A DNA stretch of 64,000 bases from Selaginella moellendorffii. Taxonomy: Eukaryota > Plantae > Lycopodiophyta. The position numbers and the translations under genes are program-made. The DNA is taken from the NCBI RefSeq assembly GCF_000143415.4, contig NW_003314261.1, positions 3,898,880 to 3,962,879 of the forward strand. The letters run 5' to 3'. This document shows positions 24,734-37,684 of the stretch, in pieces (position 1 is the first letter of the stretch; each line of letters opens with the position of its first letter). Below the pieces are notes generated by a model. It was not told where the DNA came from, made no database searches, and was given only the letters and a program-made list of their open reading frames with translations.

Positions 24734-24779
24734 GAATATGCTTTGCGACGGATATGCCTCTGCCGGGAACGGAATATAC
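24734..24779. promoter_or_regulatory. Three P1BS (GNATATNC, PHR1-type) elements
   Basis: GAATATGC 24734-24741, GGATATGC 24750-24757, GAATATAC 24772-24779; a further GCATATCC at 24185-24192. Confidence 0.5.
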
Positions 24780-24998
24780 GCCGCTAAACCCTAAACCACG
24801 GGGGCTCTGTTTCTAGGTCTGGGTTAGGGCTTATCCTCTTGAGGGGGGAGGAAATAGGGTTGGCGCCAGGGGCGAGCAGCAGGGGTCTAGGATGCGAATC
24901 GATCCCAGCGCGCGAGGTGAGTGATGGAGCGCGCGCGGCTACTGCTGTGAGGGATCCTGGAGATGGCGGATTAGCGGGCGAGAAGGAGATGAGCGGAT

Positions 24999-27082
24999 AT
25001 GAGTAGGTTGTCATTTAGGCCCCGCCCTGTAGACATACATAAGAAGCTCCCGATTGTCAAGTCCGTGAGAGACCTCGACAATGAGGATGGGATTGGAGTG
25101 TCGCGGATGGTCCAGCACGGGCATGTGGCGCTGGATTCGGAGAACGAGCTGGTGGGTGATCTTGGTTCCAGCTCAGTTTTTTTGATCGTCTTCTTTGCTT
25201 TGTGTTTGTTGCTTTGGTTGCGTTTTTTTTTTTTTTTTTGTTGCAATAGGTGCTGGCTACACCGGCTAGACGAGGAGGCGCAGAGATTCCCACGCCACAG
25301 TTTGTGTGCGTGGATACTTACGAGAAGGATTACTCGCAGACGTTCACGCAGCCACCGTCTTACTTGCGGAGCCGAGGAGGTGAGTGGATTTTCAACTTTC
25401 GCGACTTAAGTTTGTGTGGCTTTTCTAGCAAGGAATGAAGGAACTGAGTTTGTGGAGTATGACTTGGATGACGAGGACGAAGATTGGCTCGAGCAGTTTA
25501 GCGATCGCAAGACACTGTCCCACGAGAAGTAAGCGTTCTTTTCTTTTGTGTGTGTATTTTGTGCAGGAGATGAATGTGCTTACGTTTTCTGTCTTGCAGA
25601 TTTGAAAGAATTCTCTACAAAATGGAATTGCAGGATCACAAGCTTCGCGAGCGTGTGGGAGGTTTGCCTTCGACGCTTGGAATCCCAATGCCGGTCATGC
25701 TACAGAAGGATGGAGCACTGGAGGTGGGAATAGCATTGCGTTTATTGTTGACGACTCGGGCGGTGACAGGTCGTGCGTGCTCAGAACATCCGATCGCCAA
25801 CCATTGCAGGCGCCGTGTATGACTATTGGAAATCAAAGGTTGATGCCACAAAACTTTGTTTGCATTTTCTATCTGGGAAAAATTAAACTCATGCATTGCA
25901 ATGGCAGCGAGAGCGCTGGGAGAAGCCCATACTTCGTCGGTTGCAAGTGAGTTTTCTACTTTTTTTCGTTTCTATTCGAGCCGGATCAAATTAACACGAT
26001 TAAGAAAATAACTTGCAGCCACCCCCACCGGTGAACGACACAAATCCTTTTAATGTATTTAGACCGAGGGAGAAGATTCATCGTCCTCACACCCGGCGGG
26101 TAACTCACAAGTTTTCTCTCCTTCGCTTTTCCTTCAAAAAGAAAAACTTCTTCTGGTCTTTTTTCATAGATGCAAAGGCGTGAGAACGACGTCCAATCCT
26201 TTGACAAGCTCCGCCAGGTGAGTACAAACTTCCGCGTGTTCGTCTCTTTGACATGGTGTGAAAACTCTCGCGTAGGTTCGTCGCAATCTGGAGCAAGCTA
26301 GAGCATTGATGCTGGCTGTCCAAAAGGTAAGTGGCGTTGGAATCTTCTTCCACCTTGATTTGACACTGCCGTCTGCACAGCGTGAAGAGAAGAAGCGCGA
26401 GCTGGCCGACTGTGAAGGTCACATCCAGAGGCTCCAAATCAAGTATAAGGTAGCTGTGACTTTTGTTTTCGTCGCCCCTGTTATGGAAAGTGAGCTCTCT
26501 GTGTCTCTTTTTTGCCCACTCGTAACTTCACAAACAGCACGAATCCAAAGCCGACGAGGACACGTCGTTCCTCAACAGCGCGTCCCTGTTCCCACCAACA
26601 GTGCCCCGGAAACTCTTGTTTCCAAAGCGTAGTGACGACTTGCAAGCAGGCACGGACCAGATGAACGGGGACGCCTACGAGTATGCCAACCCCATGCTGG
26701 AAAACTCCTTAGTGGACAGGATGGACCCCTTGAGAAAGAAGCGCAAGAAACGCTTACCTCTGTCGAGAGGACGACCAGCTAGAAAGGTACTGTGGCTGGC
26801 TCTCTTTTGCTTTCGCTTTCGTTGGAACTTGACGTGGCTCTGGTGTTTGCGTAGTTCCCGATTCGATCCATCGATACTATGGAACCGGTGATGCTGTTCA
26901 CGAAGCCACTGGAAGCGAGAGAGTTAGCAGACGCTGGTATACTGCCACCACAATTCGAGGAGGAAAGTTACCAGTTCCGTGGTAGGATGGGAAGGGGCGG
27001 GCGGATTGTTTTTGACCGCTGGAACCCGCTAACAAGAACGAGTGTTGGCAACAACTTGCCGTTTTGCTCACTGGCGAATTAG
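24999..27082 (+). CDS. EPL1: Enhancer of polycomb-like protein (NuA4 subunit EPL1/EPC), multi-exon
   Basis: MSRLSFRPRPVDIHKKLPIVKS, EIPTPQFV, EYDLDDEDEDWL, PPPVNDTNPFNVFRPREK, FRGRMGRGGRIVFDRW. Confidence 0.93.
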
Positions 27083-27241
27083 GAAGTTGTAACTTGTAGT
27101 ACCTGTGATCTAATAAAATAATTTTGTTGTATGGAAAACTGTTAGCTGGAAGACGAAGAGATATGGTGCGCGCGAGGGAAGCAAGAAAGGAAAAAGTATA
27201 TAGGTGTAGATTAAAATCGCGAAAGAAGAAAAGAACTGGAT

Positions 27242-28940
27242 TCAACCAAAGAATGAAAACCAGTGCCTTTTCTTCCTGACGGTGTAAGAGACAGGGGCTT
27301 CTGCGACACAGTGGTTGAGAGCACATACCAGTGTTTCACAAAACTATACCTCCTTCCGGATACACGGAGTTGTAGTGCACTTCAGCCCAAAAGCTTAAGA
27401 ATATGACTGCAAGAACACGAGCGTTACCGATGAGCGCCTAGAAGGAAACTTGCTACCTCTGTCTGATTTCGGTTCCTTTGGTATGATGTCAATGATGCAA
27501 GTATCTATGAACGAAGTAATCAAGCAGATCTTCATCCCATACTGTAGAGGAAAATGTCACAAGTTGAAAAGACAGACACTTTGAAATTACTTACAACATC
27601 AGCAGCAGCTTGCAATGTTACGTGATCACCCCACTCCCCATTCCTGGATTTAGAATTTTTTTGGAACAGATGTCAGTTGTGAAACCGAAAAGCTACTTAC
27701 TTCGCCATCTTCTTGAGGTAGTCGCTGAATTTCATTGGAACGTAACCTTCGTATGGTTCTGGATCCTGCTTCAGCTGAATTCTCACAAATAATAACACCG
27801 CATAAAGCGAAAGAAGCAAAAAGAATACAAACTGTACCTGTTTAATGACTTCTTTCCGGACAAACATGTGATGATCTGGTGTTCTATAAAACTGATCCGA
27901 GAGCGCCCGAAACTACTACGTCAACCAGAGCACAACTTTAATAGAGAGGTAAACGATATGAAGGAAATCAAGCAAATGTTTTGTTTTTGTTGGGTCTTTT
28001 TCGCTTATTTTTTTTGGAAAGTACCTTCGAAGATCTTGACATGGGAAAGTTCTCTCAGTTTCTCCGGGCCAGGGCTCTCAAATGGAAGGCTTTCAATGCA
28101 AGCACGCAAACAGAGTTTCAGGAATTGCAGAAATGCGAGATTCACCTGACAGTTACCATCGCCAGGAATCTTGTGCTCTGTCAATCCATAGACCTGAAGC
28201 CTGTATAGAGACAAGCCAACGAATGAATCAAAGTGAAAAGAAAAGGAAACCAACCTCTCAAGAAGCCTTTGATGATCGAGTGTGGCAGCGTCCGGGCTCG
28301 GTATCTCTCCATTTATCTTCGGGATATGCTACAGAAGTGCACCAAAAAGAAGTCAGCTATGGAGAAGAAAGAAGTCAGCCATGGAGAAGAAAGAAGAAAA
28401 AAATCCATACAGCCTACTTACAGGTATGGATTCCATGTGTGTGAGCCGCCGGCCAACTTCTCCTCCATCGAGTTGTGCCAACTCCTCGGAAAGAATAACC
28501 GCAATCGCCTCATCGTTCTCGTTGGTGCTGTTGTTGCGCTGATCGTAAGAGAAAGTTGGGGAGCTGCTGCTGCTGGAAGAGTGGTGATTGCCCATGCTCA
28601 TCTCCTCGGCGGCGCAATCCTCGCAGATCTCCTCCGATCCAGTCACCAAACCGTAATCGTTAAGATTGTGATGCTCCTTGTCGCGATTGTCAAAAAAATC
28701 TCCGATCGGGGGATCCTCCTCCCGTGGCTGCTGTTGCGGCTGCGTGGTATCCTCGGTGTAGAGATGCTGCTGGAGAGAGATTGCTAGGGCCTCGTCGTCC
28801 TCTGTGCCATCTGCCGGGCAGCAGCAAGGAAGAGAATCGGGCGACGATGATCGCGTATCGTTGCTACCAGTGAAAGGATGAACCTCCAGCAAGTGAAGAC
28901 CCCATCTCACCAGCGTGTCATTCTCGTCGCTTGCGCTCAT
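27242..28940 (-). CDS. OTU-domain deubiquitinase (plant OTU9-12 type), multi-exon
   Basis: LVRWGL N-terminus, UIM-like DDEALAISLQ and NDEAIAVILSEE, catalytic IPGDGNCQFRALSDQ, GEWGDHVTLQAAAD, FLSFWAEVHYNS; stop TGA 27242-27244. Confidence 0.9.
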
Positions 28941-29348
28941 GCTCTTTGCCCCAAACCCTACACTAACGACCCCTGGGACAGGAAATTTCGCTCCAATCCA
29001 CTGCCGCCGCCGAGATGGAAAGACTAATCCCGATCTTTTCCCAGCGATCGATCGATCGATCGCCGCGCCGCCGTTCCAATCGCTGCTAGAGAAGGAGAAT
29101 ACCTTATCGCCGATCCAAGATCTGGGCGCCCTGGGAGGAGAGAAGAATTCTTGGCCGCGATAGCGTCTAGACGCGGATTACTGTGAGAGAAAGAAAGCCT
29201 ATGTGGCAAGGCCGCCAAACCAAGGCGTTTCAACGGACGCGACTGATTAGGGTTTATAAGTTAGAGGAAGAAGAAGCGAGTGGGAATATTTCGCGATGGC
29301 GGTCGCGCCGATGGGACTGCCGAGGAGGAGGTGATCCAGCGTGTGGAG

Positions 29349-31521
29349 ATGGCGGCGGGCGAGGAAGAATGCGCGCCTTCCACGGCCTCCTCGTGCAAAC
29401 CCGGGAGCAAGCTCACGTTTAGGGCTCCTCAGCAGCCATACACTTACCAGGATTTCGCCTATGGCAGGCTGCTGGGCATGGGATCCTACTCCAAGGTCAG
29501 GTTTTGTGGCGAATTCTAGCTGCATTTTTCCATTTTTCATTTTTCTCCCCTTGTTTCAGGTTGTGAGAGCTAAGAAAAAAGACTCTGGAGCTGAGTTTGC
29601 GCTCAAGATCATGGACAAGAAGCACATCACCAAGGAGAACAAGGTCGCGTATGTGAAGATGGAGCGGCTTATTCTGGATCATCTGGATCATCCTGGTGTG
29701 GTTCGTTTGTTTTTCACGTTTCAGGATACTCACAATCTCTGTAAGTAATTTCTTTCTTCGTTTGTTGCTTTCGCTGATACATGAAAATCTAGATATGGGA
29801 CTGGAGTGCTGTCATGGGGGAGAGCTCTTCGACCAGATAAGAAGGGTGGGCCATTTACTCCTGCTCGTTGAAATGTTTTGGTGACATGTCTCTTTTCACG
29901 CGCAGAAAGGTCGTTTGTCTCTCGAAGAAGCTCGTTTCTATGCTGCGGAGATTGTTGATGTTTTGGAATATATTCACGGCCAAGGATTGATTCATCGGGA
30001 TCTCAAGGTATTCCTTTCTTGGCTGTTGTTCTGTACAATTCTCTTGCTGCTGCCAGCAGAGGAGATGGTCGATTACGTTTTTTTTTCACCATATGATCCT
30101 GATGGTCGTTTTGATATCGACATTGGCCAGCCAGAAAATTTACTCCTGACTGCTGATGGGCATATAAAGGTGGCAGACTTTGGCAGTGCGAAGGTGACAA
30201 CACCCCTCCAGAATGGTCTCAGCGACGCGCAAGCAGGTTAAATATCTGTCGTTCTCGTGTTCTTTCCTCGTGTCGTTTAGTGTGCACTTTCGTTTCACAG
30301 ATGACAAAAGCTGTACGTTTGTTGGCACTGCGGAGTACGTTTCTCCAGAAGTTTTGAATGGCCATCCCGTTACTATTGGGTATGTGTGATGGGATTTCTT
30401 TTTGGTTCTTCCGTTTAATAAGCAGCCGGTTTGCAGGGCAGACTTATGGGCCTTGGGATGTATTATATACCAAATGCTAGAAGGGAGGCCTCCTTTCAAA
30501 GGCGGGAGCGAATACCTCACGTTTCAAAAGGTTTTGGCGAAAGACCTTGTCATACCGTCTCACTTCCCCTCCGCAGCCAAAGAACTTATCAATAAGTTGC
30601 TGGTAAGTCGATGATAATTTCTTTGTGGAGTGGAAAGGACACATTTTGGTTGTTCTTTCCAGAACCTTGAACCTGACAAAAGGCCCGGAGCTGGCCCAGC
30701 GGGCTATACAGCGTTGAAAAGCCATGCTTTCTTCAGCGGGATTGAGTGGCTTAAACTCAGGCAGTCGGCCGCACCCGGGCTTGCTCCATCGCCATCGTCT
30801 CAGGTGATCTACAGGCAGCATTGTGTCAGTTATTTGTTGGCTTATGTTCGAACTCGACTTTGTTGTTGATGACGCGAAAACATTGACGCACTTGTTTAAA
30901 GGGTGGGGGGAATGGAGCTGAGAGTGATGATTCAGAAAACTCGGACTGGGATCTAGCTCATCTGGGAGGCCGGGTCTCGAGGCTAGACGTTTCGGACGCC
31001 TCGAGTCCCATGTCCAGCAGTAATGAGCCATCGAGTCCCAGCGCCGTGCTTGCTTCTGCTGCAAGACTTCTCGACGAGAACGTTCACGAACCATGGTTAG
31101 TTCTCACACTTCTCTCCAAGTCGATTTTTTGGTTTCAATTGTAGCTGACCCGAGTTCCCTGTAGGCAGAAGTTTCTATTCGAAGGTGAAACCATCTTGGC
31201 CAGTTCGCGCGTCCGGAAGTTTCGAAAGCTCTCGGTCAAGAAGAGACAGCTGATCCTCACTGACAGGCCGAGGCTGTTCTACGTCCACCCGATCAAACTT
31301 GTTTTCAAGGGAGAGGTTCCATGGTCGCGGGATATTTATGTTAGAGTGGAGAACGATCTCAAGTTTTGTATATGCACGGTAAGTCTCGTTTTTTTTCTCC
31401 ATCTCTAATGCGTTGCTGTGGTTTTCTCGAGCAGCCAAAGCGGACTTATAATCTGGAGGATACAAAGGGACAAGCGAGGGTCTGGAAAGAATCCATAGAA
31501 AAGCTTGTCAATGCGAAATAA
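29349..31521 (+). CDS. PDK1: 3-phosphoinositide-dependent protein kinase 1 (AGC kinase + PH domain)
   Basis: [65 protein letters not shown] domain [12 protein letters not shown]...PKRTYNLED. Confidence 0.95.
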
Positions 31522-31654
31522 TGTTCATCGATGTTAATTATAGTTAGCGACGTTTATTTAGCTAATTATTATCTTGACACGTGGCGATTGATAAACCGTT
31601 GAGATCTTTAGGGCTTGAAAATACGAAAAAGAAGAAAATTCTCTGAGAGGGGGA

Positions 31655-34600
31655 ATGGCGGAGGAGGAAGGGATCGAGTTGGTCGTGTTGCCGGATCTTA
31701 GCGCGCTCTTGAAGCTTGATGAATTGGTGCGCAAGGGGAACATCACCGGCGCCAAGGCGGCTTTCGCGAGGCAGAAGTGAGGAGATTTTTCCTCTTTTTT
31801 AGCGTTGGATCGATAGAATTTGCAATGCAGGTATGAGGAACTCCACAAGAGTCTCAAGGAAAGTATAGCAAACACTAGGAAATTGTTTGAAGAAAGGGAG
31901 GAGCTCACTCGCAAGTTTAATGTAAGGAAACTCTTTGGTTTTCTCTTTTGCCTTGCATTGTTTTTCTCTAGCGGTGACATCTTCCTCTCTTTTGTAGGTG
32001 GAGAAGATTGAACTGGAGAAAGTTTTGGTCGACGCCCAGGAAGATGAAGCTGCTCTCGACATGCTTCGTGAGGACTCGGAGCAAGCGGAATCAGAAGCAC
32101 TGGCATGCAGGTAAAGTATGGTTCTTTGTCTATTTTTTTATCTTCCTAGCTAGACAACCAACTTTGCCGCAGGGAGAGGGACTTGGCATTGCAGGCCGAA
32201 GAAACGGATCTTAGAAGAGCGCAAGAAGAATTTCAGAAGAGGATCGAAGAGATAGAACATGAGCATGATATGGCTCTACAGCCAACGTTGCTTCAACTGA
32301 AGGTGATAGATACATTTGGTAATGTGCCTCCTTCGTTATCTCTGAGTTTTGTGATCCATACAGATGGATATCAGCGATTTGCATAGCCAGCACGATGATT
32401 CTATTGCAAAGATTGAGGAACTAAAGAAGGAGGTATAATCGTTCTTACAACTTAAAACCTCTCCTGTGTAAGTTTTCAGTTTGCTCAATTGTTTTTATAG
32501 GCTCCACCCATCACACGCGACCACATTTTTGGCAGAGCGCTGAAATTCAAGCGCGTCTTGAGGTCCTGGCGACCGACATGCAAGGTCTTACCGTTCATAG
32601 AAGAGGAGAGTTTCAAACTCTGACAACATACGATGGAGTTCCAGAGAAGCTTAAAAAGCAGGCAAGTTTTCTTCTTGCGATTTTTCTGGTTAAGTGGATT
32701 GTGGTAACAGGCAGATGTTCTCTCAAATGGAGTCAAAGGGCTCACCACTCAGGATCAAAATTACAGCGAGAAGGTGTTATCATGGTCGCAAAACTGACAA
32801 ATACATGACAAATTACATGCGTCCTTCGCAGATCAAGGAACTCGAAACACATATTGAAAAGCTAAATCAAAACATGAGAGAAACTACTGAAGAACATGCA
32901 AGGCTTGCGGTTGAACTGGAAAAGGTTCGGCAACTGACTGAACAGAAGGTACGATTTTACGATCCTGTCGTCAACGCCTAATAACTACTGCTTTTTGCTA
33001 TAGGAGCAATCAGTTGCGGAGATGAAGAAGGAGCTTGAGCTTCATAGTCTAGATGCCGATCAATATCTTGCGGATCGAGTAAGAATTCATAAATGACTTC
33101 CCGGAAAAAACGGTCCGTTTCTCGTGATGCAGGTGACTTTGGATATGCAATTGAAAGCCCTGCAAACCGATCACAAAGTGGAGCAGGAGAGGCTCGTCAC
33201 TCGCACCACCGACAAGGATAAGATAACAAAGAAGGTCAAACACACAGAAAATGTGCTCAAGCAAATACAGGATACCCTTCCAGCCTTTGGAGCCATCAAG
33301 AGCAACATAAATATGCAGGTATAGCCTTCTATCCTTTTTTGCGACTAACGGCGCCCAAGTTCTTAGCTTATGCAAGTTGAAAACGAAAGAAAGAAAGTGC
33401 ATACCGCAGTGTTAGAGATTAAGAAAGACACTGATGGTAGAATGCGTATGTACACCGAGTTGAAAGGAGTTGGCAAGGAAATGGTTGCGCAACTACGCGA
33501 GGGTCATCAAAAGGTAAGCCTTGATTTCTTTCGGCAGAGTTACGGCGCGTAATGCAGGCAACGGAGCTCGAAAGGGAGGTTTATAGATCCATCAGTCTTG
33601 ACTACGAACGGCAACAGCAAGCGGGAGAGCTTGCGAGCATGCGAGAAAATATTTGTCGTACACTTTCTTTGAAGGTAATGCGAGCTAGTTTCCCCCGGTT
33701 TTCCTCACGTTGTTTGTGATTTTGCAGGTTCAGCAACTAAAAGAAGCCAGAGAAAGAATTCGGGTCTCAGACATTACTATCGGATTTCTACAAAAGAAGG
33801 AAAAAGATATCTGTGACACCTATGCCAAGTTCTTCAATGTGTATAATCTTCTTAGAAGCCAACGGAATAAGTCTGTCAAACTGATGCAGGTCTGTGTCAT
33901 GTGGTAGAGATATCACTGCTGACTTGTGTCGATGTTTTTAGTTAAGCAATCTCACAATTCTCGAGCTTAAGGACAAGATGGGGATGCTGGAGGTCGAAGT
34001 AAACATGCTGCAGAACGAGGTTTTGTACAAAGATAAGGTCTTGACGAAGATGAGGAAAGAGTTTGCCATCATTGTTCAACACCGTTTTCTTCTTCGGTCA
34101 GAGATTACGCAGTGCCACATTGCACTGCAAAAGAAGAAGGTGATTACTTCCTTTCACAGCTTCTTTGTCGAACTAACTCAGGGTCATCGGCCAGGAAATG
34201 GCGGATGAGCACATGATAGAAATTGACAAGCTAAATGGTCTCCTTCGGAACGCCGAAAAGGACATGGAATCGTTTAGAAAACAGTATGAACATGCGGTTT
34301 TAAGCCGAAACCACACTGGTATATCTCTCATAGATCGCAACGATGAGCTTTGTATCCTTTATGAGAAGTCTCACGCCCAGGTTTGTTGTCGAGAATTATA
34401 TCGTTTTCGTGGTTTAAGTGTTCGTCTCGATGCAGGATGAGCTTCTAAAACATTCAGAGATTGAACTTTTGAAACGAGAAAACGAAATTGCCTTACTCAA
34501 GCCGGAGCTCATCAACCTTGAAAGATATATTCTTCTCTGCTACAAGTCTCTTCCAAATGCCGTGGAAATACGCAAGGAGATCAAGAACGTCAAAATTCAA

Positions 34601-35573
34601 GTATGTCATGCTTTGTCTTCTCTTTCCTCGCATTCGCTTATGCGTCATTACTCCAGTTGAGATTAACCGTGCAAGAAGGCGAGAGGCTGTCTAAGCTGGT
34701 AGAAAATCCGGAGAACAAAGCTCACTGGAGGCTGCTAGAAGGCACCGACCCGACGGCAAACGAGCTCATGGCGAAGCTCACAGCATTGGAGTTCTTCCTC
34801 CACCGGAAAGGCGACCAATCCTTGGAGAAAAACCTTGTCTTGGAGGAGGTAATTCTCTATCCGTTGATATCGACTTTGATTTCTACGTGTGGCTGTTTCA
34901 CAGGTGACGGCTCTGGCCGAGGACCTGAAAAAACAGGCAGCTGATGGCTATGCCGACGCCGTGGAAACTGTCTCAAAGATGAGCCGGTTCCAGCGACAGC
35001 TTCGACATGTCACCACGCAAATGATGGCCACCGTTTCGGAGCTATCGCTAACACAAGTCAGTAGATTCAAGTTTTCCATTTCTAGTTCATTGTCTCATCG
35101 AGTTATTTGTGTTTTGCAGGCGACAGCCATGAGTTTGAAGCAAGAGAAGGAGTGTCTGGAGGCCGTCCTTTTGGAAGCCTCGGCTCGTCTAGCTAATGGA
35201 GAGGTGAGAAACACTGTTCTTCCAGTTTTCTCCAACTGTTCTTTCCTTTTCTCCAGCCTCCAACCGCGGATTGCGAGAGAGAATGGCACCATATGCAGAG
35301 GCGCTCGTTCTCGGCGTGTGGATTCAGCCGGGACGACTCGGAATTTGGAGAACGAAGGCAAGCTCTTGATCTCTTGTCTGTCTTGAGTTCTTACGAGTTT
35401 AGTTCTTCTCTCGCAGATCCACTGCCGAGCCAAGGCCAAACGCTTACATTCCAGTGGATAACTATGGCCTCCCAAAACCATTCGGAGGAGCCCATCCACC
35501 ATTCAAGCCCACCGAGCCTGGAGCTTCGTTCCGGCATATAAGAAAGCCAGAGCCAAGGCCAGTCGACCTCTAG
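31655..35573 (+). CDS. CCDC146: Coiled-coil domain protein 146 / MBO2-like axonemal protein, many tiny introns
   Basis: Long coiled coil with [35 protein letters not shown] and C-terminal [11 protein letters not shown]...[24 protein letters not shown]; stop 35571-35573. Confidence 0.87.
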
Positions 35574-35588
35574 AAAAATTTGAATGGA

Positions 35589-35608
35589 GAATATGCCTCA
35601 GAATATTC
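35589..35608. promoter_or_regulatory. Two adjacent P1BS-like elements upstream of the EF-hand gene
   Basis: GAATATGC 35589-35596 and GAATATTC 35601-35608, ~90-110 nt before ATG 35697. Confidence 0.35.
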
Positions 35609-35696
35609 GTGCTTTTGCCACGTCCGCTGTACAAACCGTTTTCTCCGTGTTCTTCGGTGCTGGATTTTTTATACTAGCTAGTGTAGAAGGTAGCTC

Positions 35697-37258
35697 ATGG
35701 CGTGCGAAGAGCTAGGGCGAGCCCTAATCGCCGATTGCGCCGTGTGGAGGGATCCTCAGTTCCAGCGGAGCAGCCATGTCCGGGCGCTGCGCTACGCGCT
35801 CAAGACGTGGGCGACTGAAATGCGGCGTAAGTTTGATTCTGATCGATTCGAGCTAGGATTGGAGATTGCACCTTGTATACAGGCGTGAAGCGCTACGACA
35901 TTGATGTCTCGAGAGCGATTCAAGCGTGCGCTCGCCTAGAGCAGAGCTTGAATGAGTCGAATGACATCGATACATTCCAGTGTCATCGTGAGTTGGAGTT
36001 TTTCTTGCGTTTTTTTTCACAAGTTTCTTACTGTGCTTTGTGATTGTAGAGGAACAAGTCGCTAGTCTCTATAGCGCTGCGGATGCTGTTCTATCAGCGG
36101 AAGAAGGTCGATGTTTCATGGTGAGAATGGATCTTGCAGAGGAAAAAAATTCTTACGATGCATTTTTCATCTTTCTCATTTTGCAGACTGAGCGAAACAA
36201 AGCAGCCATTGAAGCTTCGATTCTTTTATTTGGTTCTCGAGGGGTCGTACCGAGAGTGGCAGCGGCCCCGGAGCCTCCAGTTGGCTGTAACAGGCGAGTG
36301 GACTGCAAGGCTGTGATAAAAAGCGTGAACGATGGCTGGCAACCGCGCTGGCCAGGAGATTTGGGAGATCCTTTCGAGCCTTACCACGTAAGTTTTGATA
36401 TTGAAACTCTTTCATGCTCTCCAACATTTCGTCGTGGATTTACAGCAACTTGTCGAGCAGTTCCTCCACAGCTGCCTCACGTTCCATGCAAAGTATGTTT
36501 GTCAATCGTTCCCCTCGGCATCCTTAACTACGTAAAAGCGGTAACACAAATGTCGGAATTGTTTCTAGAGCTGCCAGATTTTGTTTAACTGCGAGTTTCC
36601 TTCTGTGCTCAGGGCCTTGGAGCAGCTAAGCACTGCGTTTGCGCTGGTAAGAAGGGCCAGCAAGAATGCAAGGGAGCTTTCGTACATCAGAACTCTCGCC
36701 GGAGCTGCTGGAATCTCCGTGAAAGAGTATCGGCGACTGTGGGAGATGTTTACAAAGATCGACTATGAAAACACTGGGTACGCTATTTTCTTTAAGGAGA
36801 GAATCTCAAACGCTGCTGACAGAAACATCACTAAGAAGGAACTCATGGCCGCGATGAAGCGAGACAAGGACGTAAGTTGCTACTCCTTTCTCTCGAGAGC
36901 TGAAGCATTTCATTCCAGATAGCCGCATTCATGCAATTGTCTAGAGCCAAAGGCAAAGACGGCCGTAGAGAATCATTCGAAAGCGTCTTCAACAGGATCG
37001 ACTCCACTGGTAAGAGTAGTTCTTCCAATTTTTCGTGGACGATTTTTGATTCTCATCTCCAAATTGGCAGGAGTCGGGGCCATCACTTGGGAACAATTCC
37101 TCTACTTCTTCTCGAGTGGTCGATCGCTCATCGGCGACAACGTCTGCCCATCAAACTGCGTCTCCGGTGCTGCTAAGCGCCCGTCCAGTCCAATTGGAGG
37201 CTCCGTGCGATCCAGCGTTATCGTACACCACGTCCATTGTAACACCCCACACGACTAA
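35697..37258 (+). CDS. Uncharacterised protein with two C-terminal EF-hand-like motifs, multi-exon
   Basis: Exons joined by short GT-AG introns; EF-hand-like LWEMFTKIDYENTGNITKKELM and FESVFNRIDSTGVGAITWEQFL. N-terminal part unrecognised; exon boundaries approximate. Confidence 0.6.
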
Positions 37259-37272
37259 GAACATGCCGTACC

Positions 37273-37347
37273 CAAGAACCCTAATCTGGTTTATCGTCCG
37301 TACATTGTCCGTATCCAGGGTTTTAGCAAGAACCCTAATCTGGTTTG
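37273..37347 (+). promoter_or_regulatory. Duplicated 20-bp telo-box-like element (CAAGAACCCTAATCTGGTTT x2)
   Basis: Copies at ~37273-37292 and ~37328-37347, immediately before ATG 37353; AACCCTAA resembles the plant telo-box. Confidence 0.45.
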
Positions 37348-37352
37348 TTGCG

Positions 37353-37596
37353 ATGGAGCCATGGGTCCGCCGATTCCTCTACAGCGGTGACAACAAGCAC
37401 GTCTTCATCGGTGTAGTGACGATCTTGGGAGTGGGCTACATTCCCTGGTACTTCATGACCAGAGGTTCGTTCTCTTCTCTCATTTGATCAACCGATTGAT
37501 GCCAGAATCACATTTCTATCAGGTGTGAAGCATTCCAGTCATCAGGATTACATGGATAAGGCAGAGGAAGCTCGCAAGGCGCGGCTGAGCACCTAG
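37353..37596 (+). CDS. Small (~61 aa) single-pass membrane protein, two exons
   Basis: MEPWVRRFLYSGDNKHVFIGVVTILGVGYIPWYFMTRG|VKHSSHQDYMDKAEEARKARLST* after removing a GT-AG intron (~37464-37522); resembles a conserved uncharacterised plant small protein. Confidence 0.75.
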
Positions 37597-37684
37597 AGTA
37601 GGAAGAAAATGCGGAGATTTAGATGAATGGTATATGGTGTTTGAGAACTTCCCCCAAAACTTTGTTTTAGGGTTCTTGAGGGGT

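Noticed and set aside
36519-36538. TCCTTAAC U12-type branch-point motif
   Set aside because: The donor is GTATGT, not GTATCCTT, and the frame is restored by a standard U2 intron ending at ~36612.
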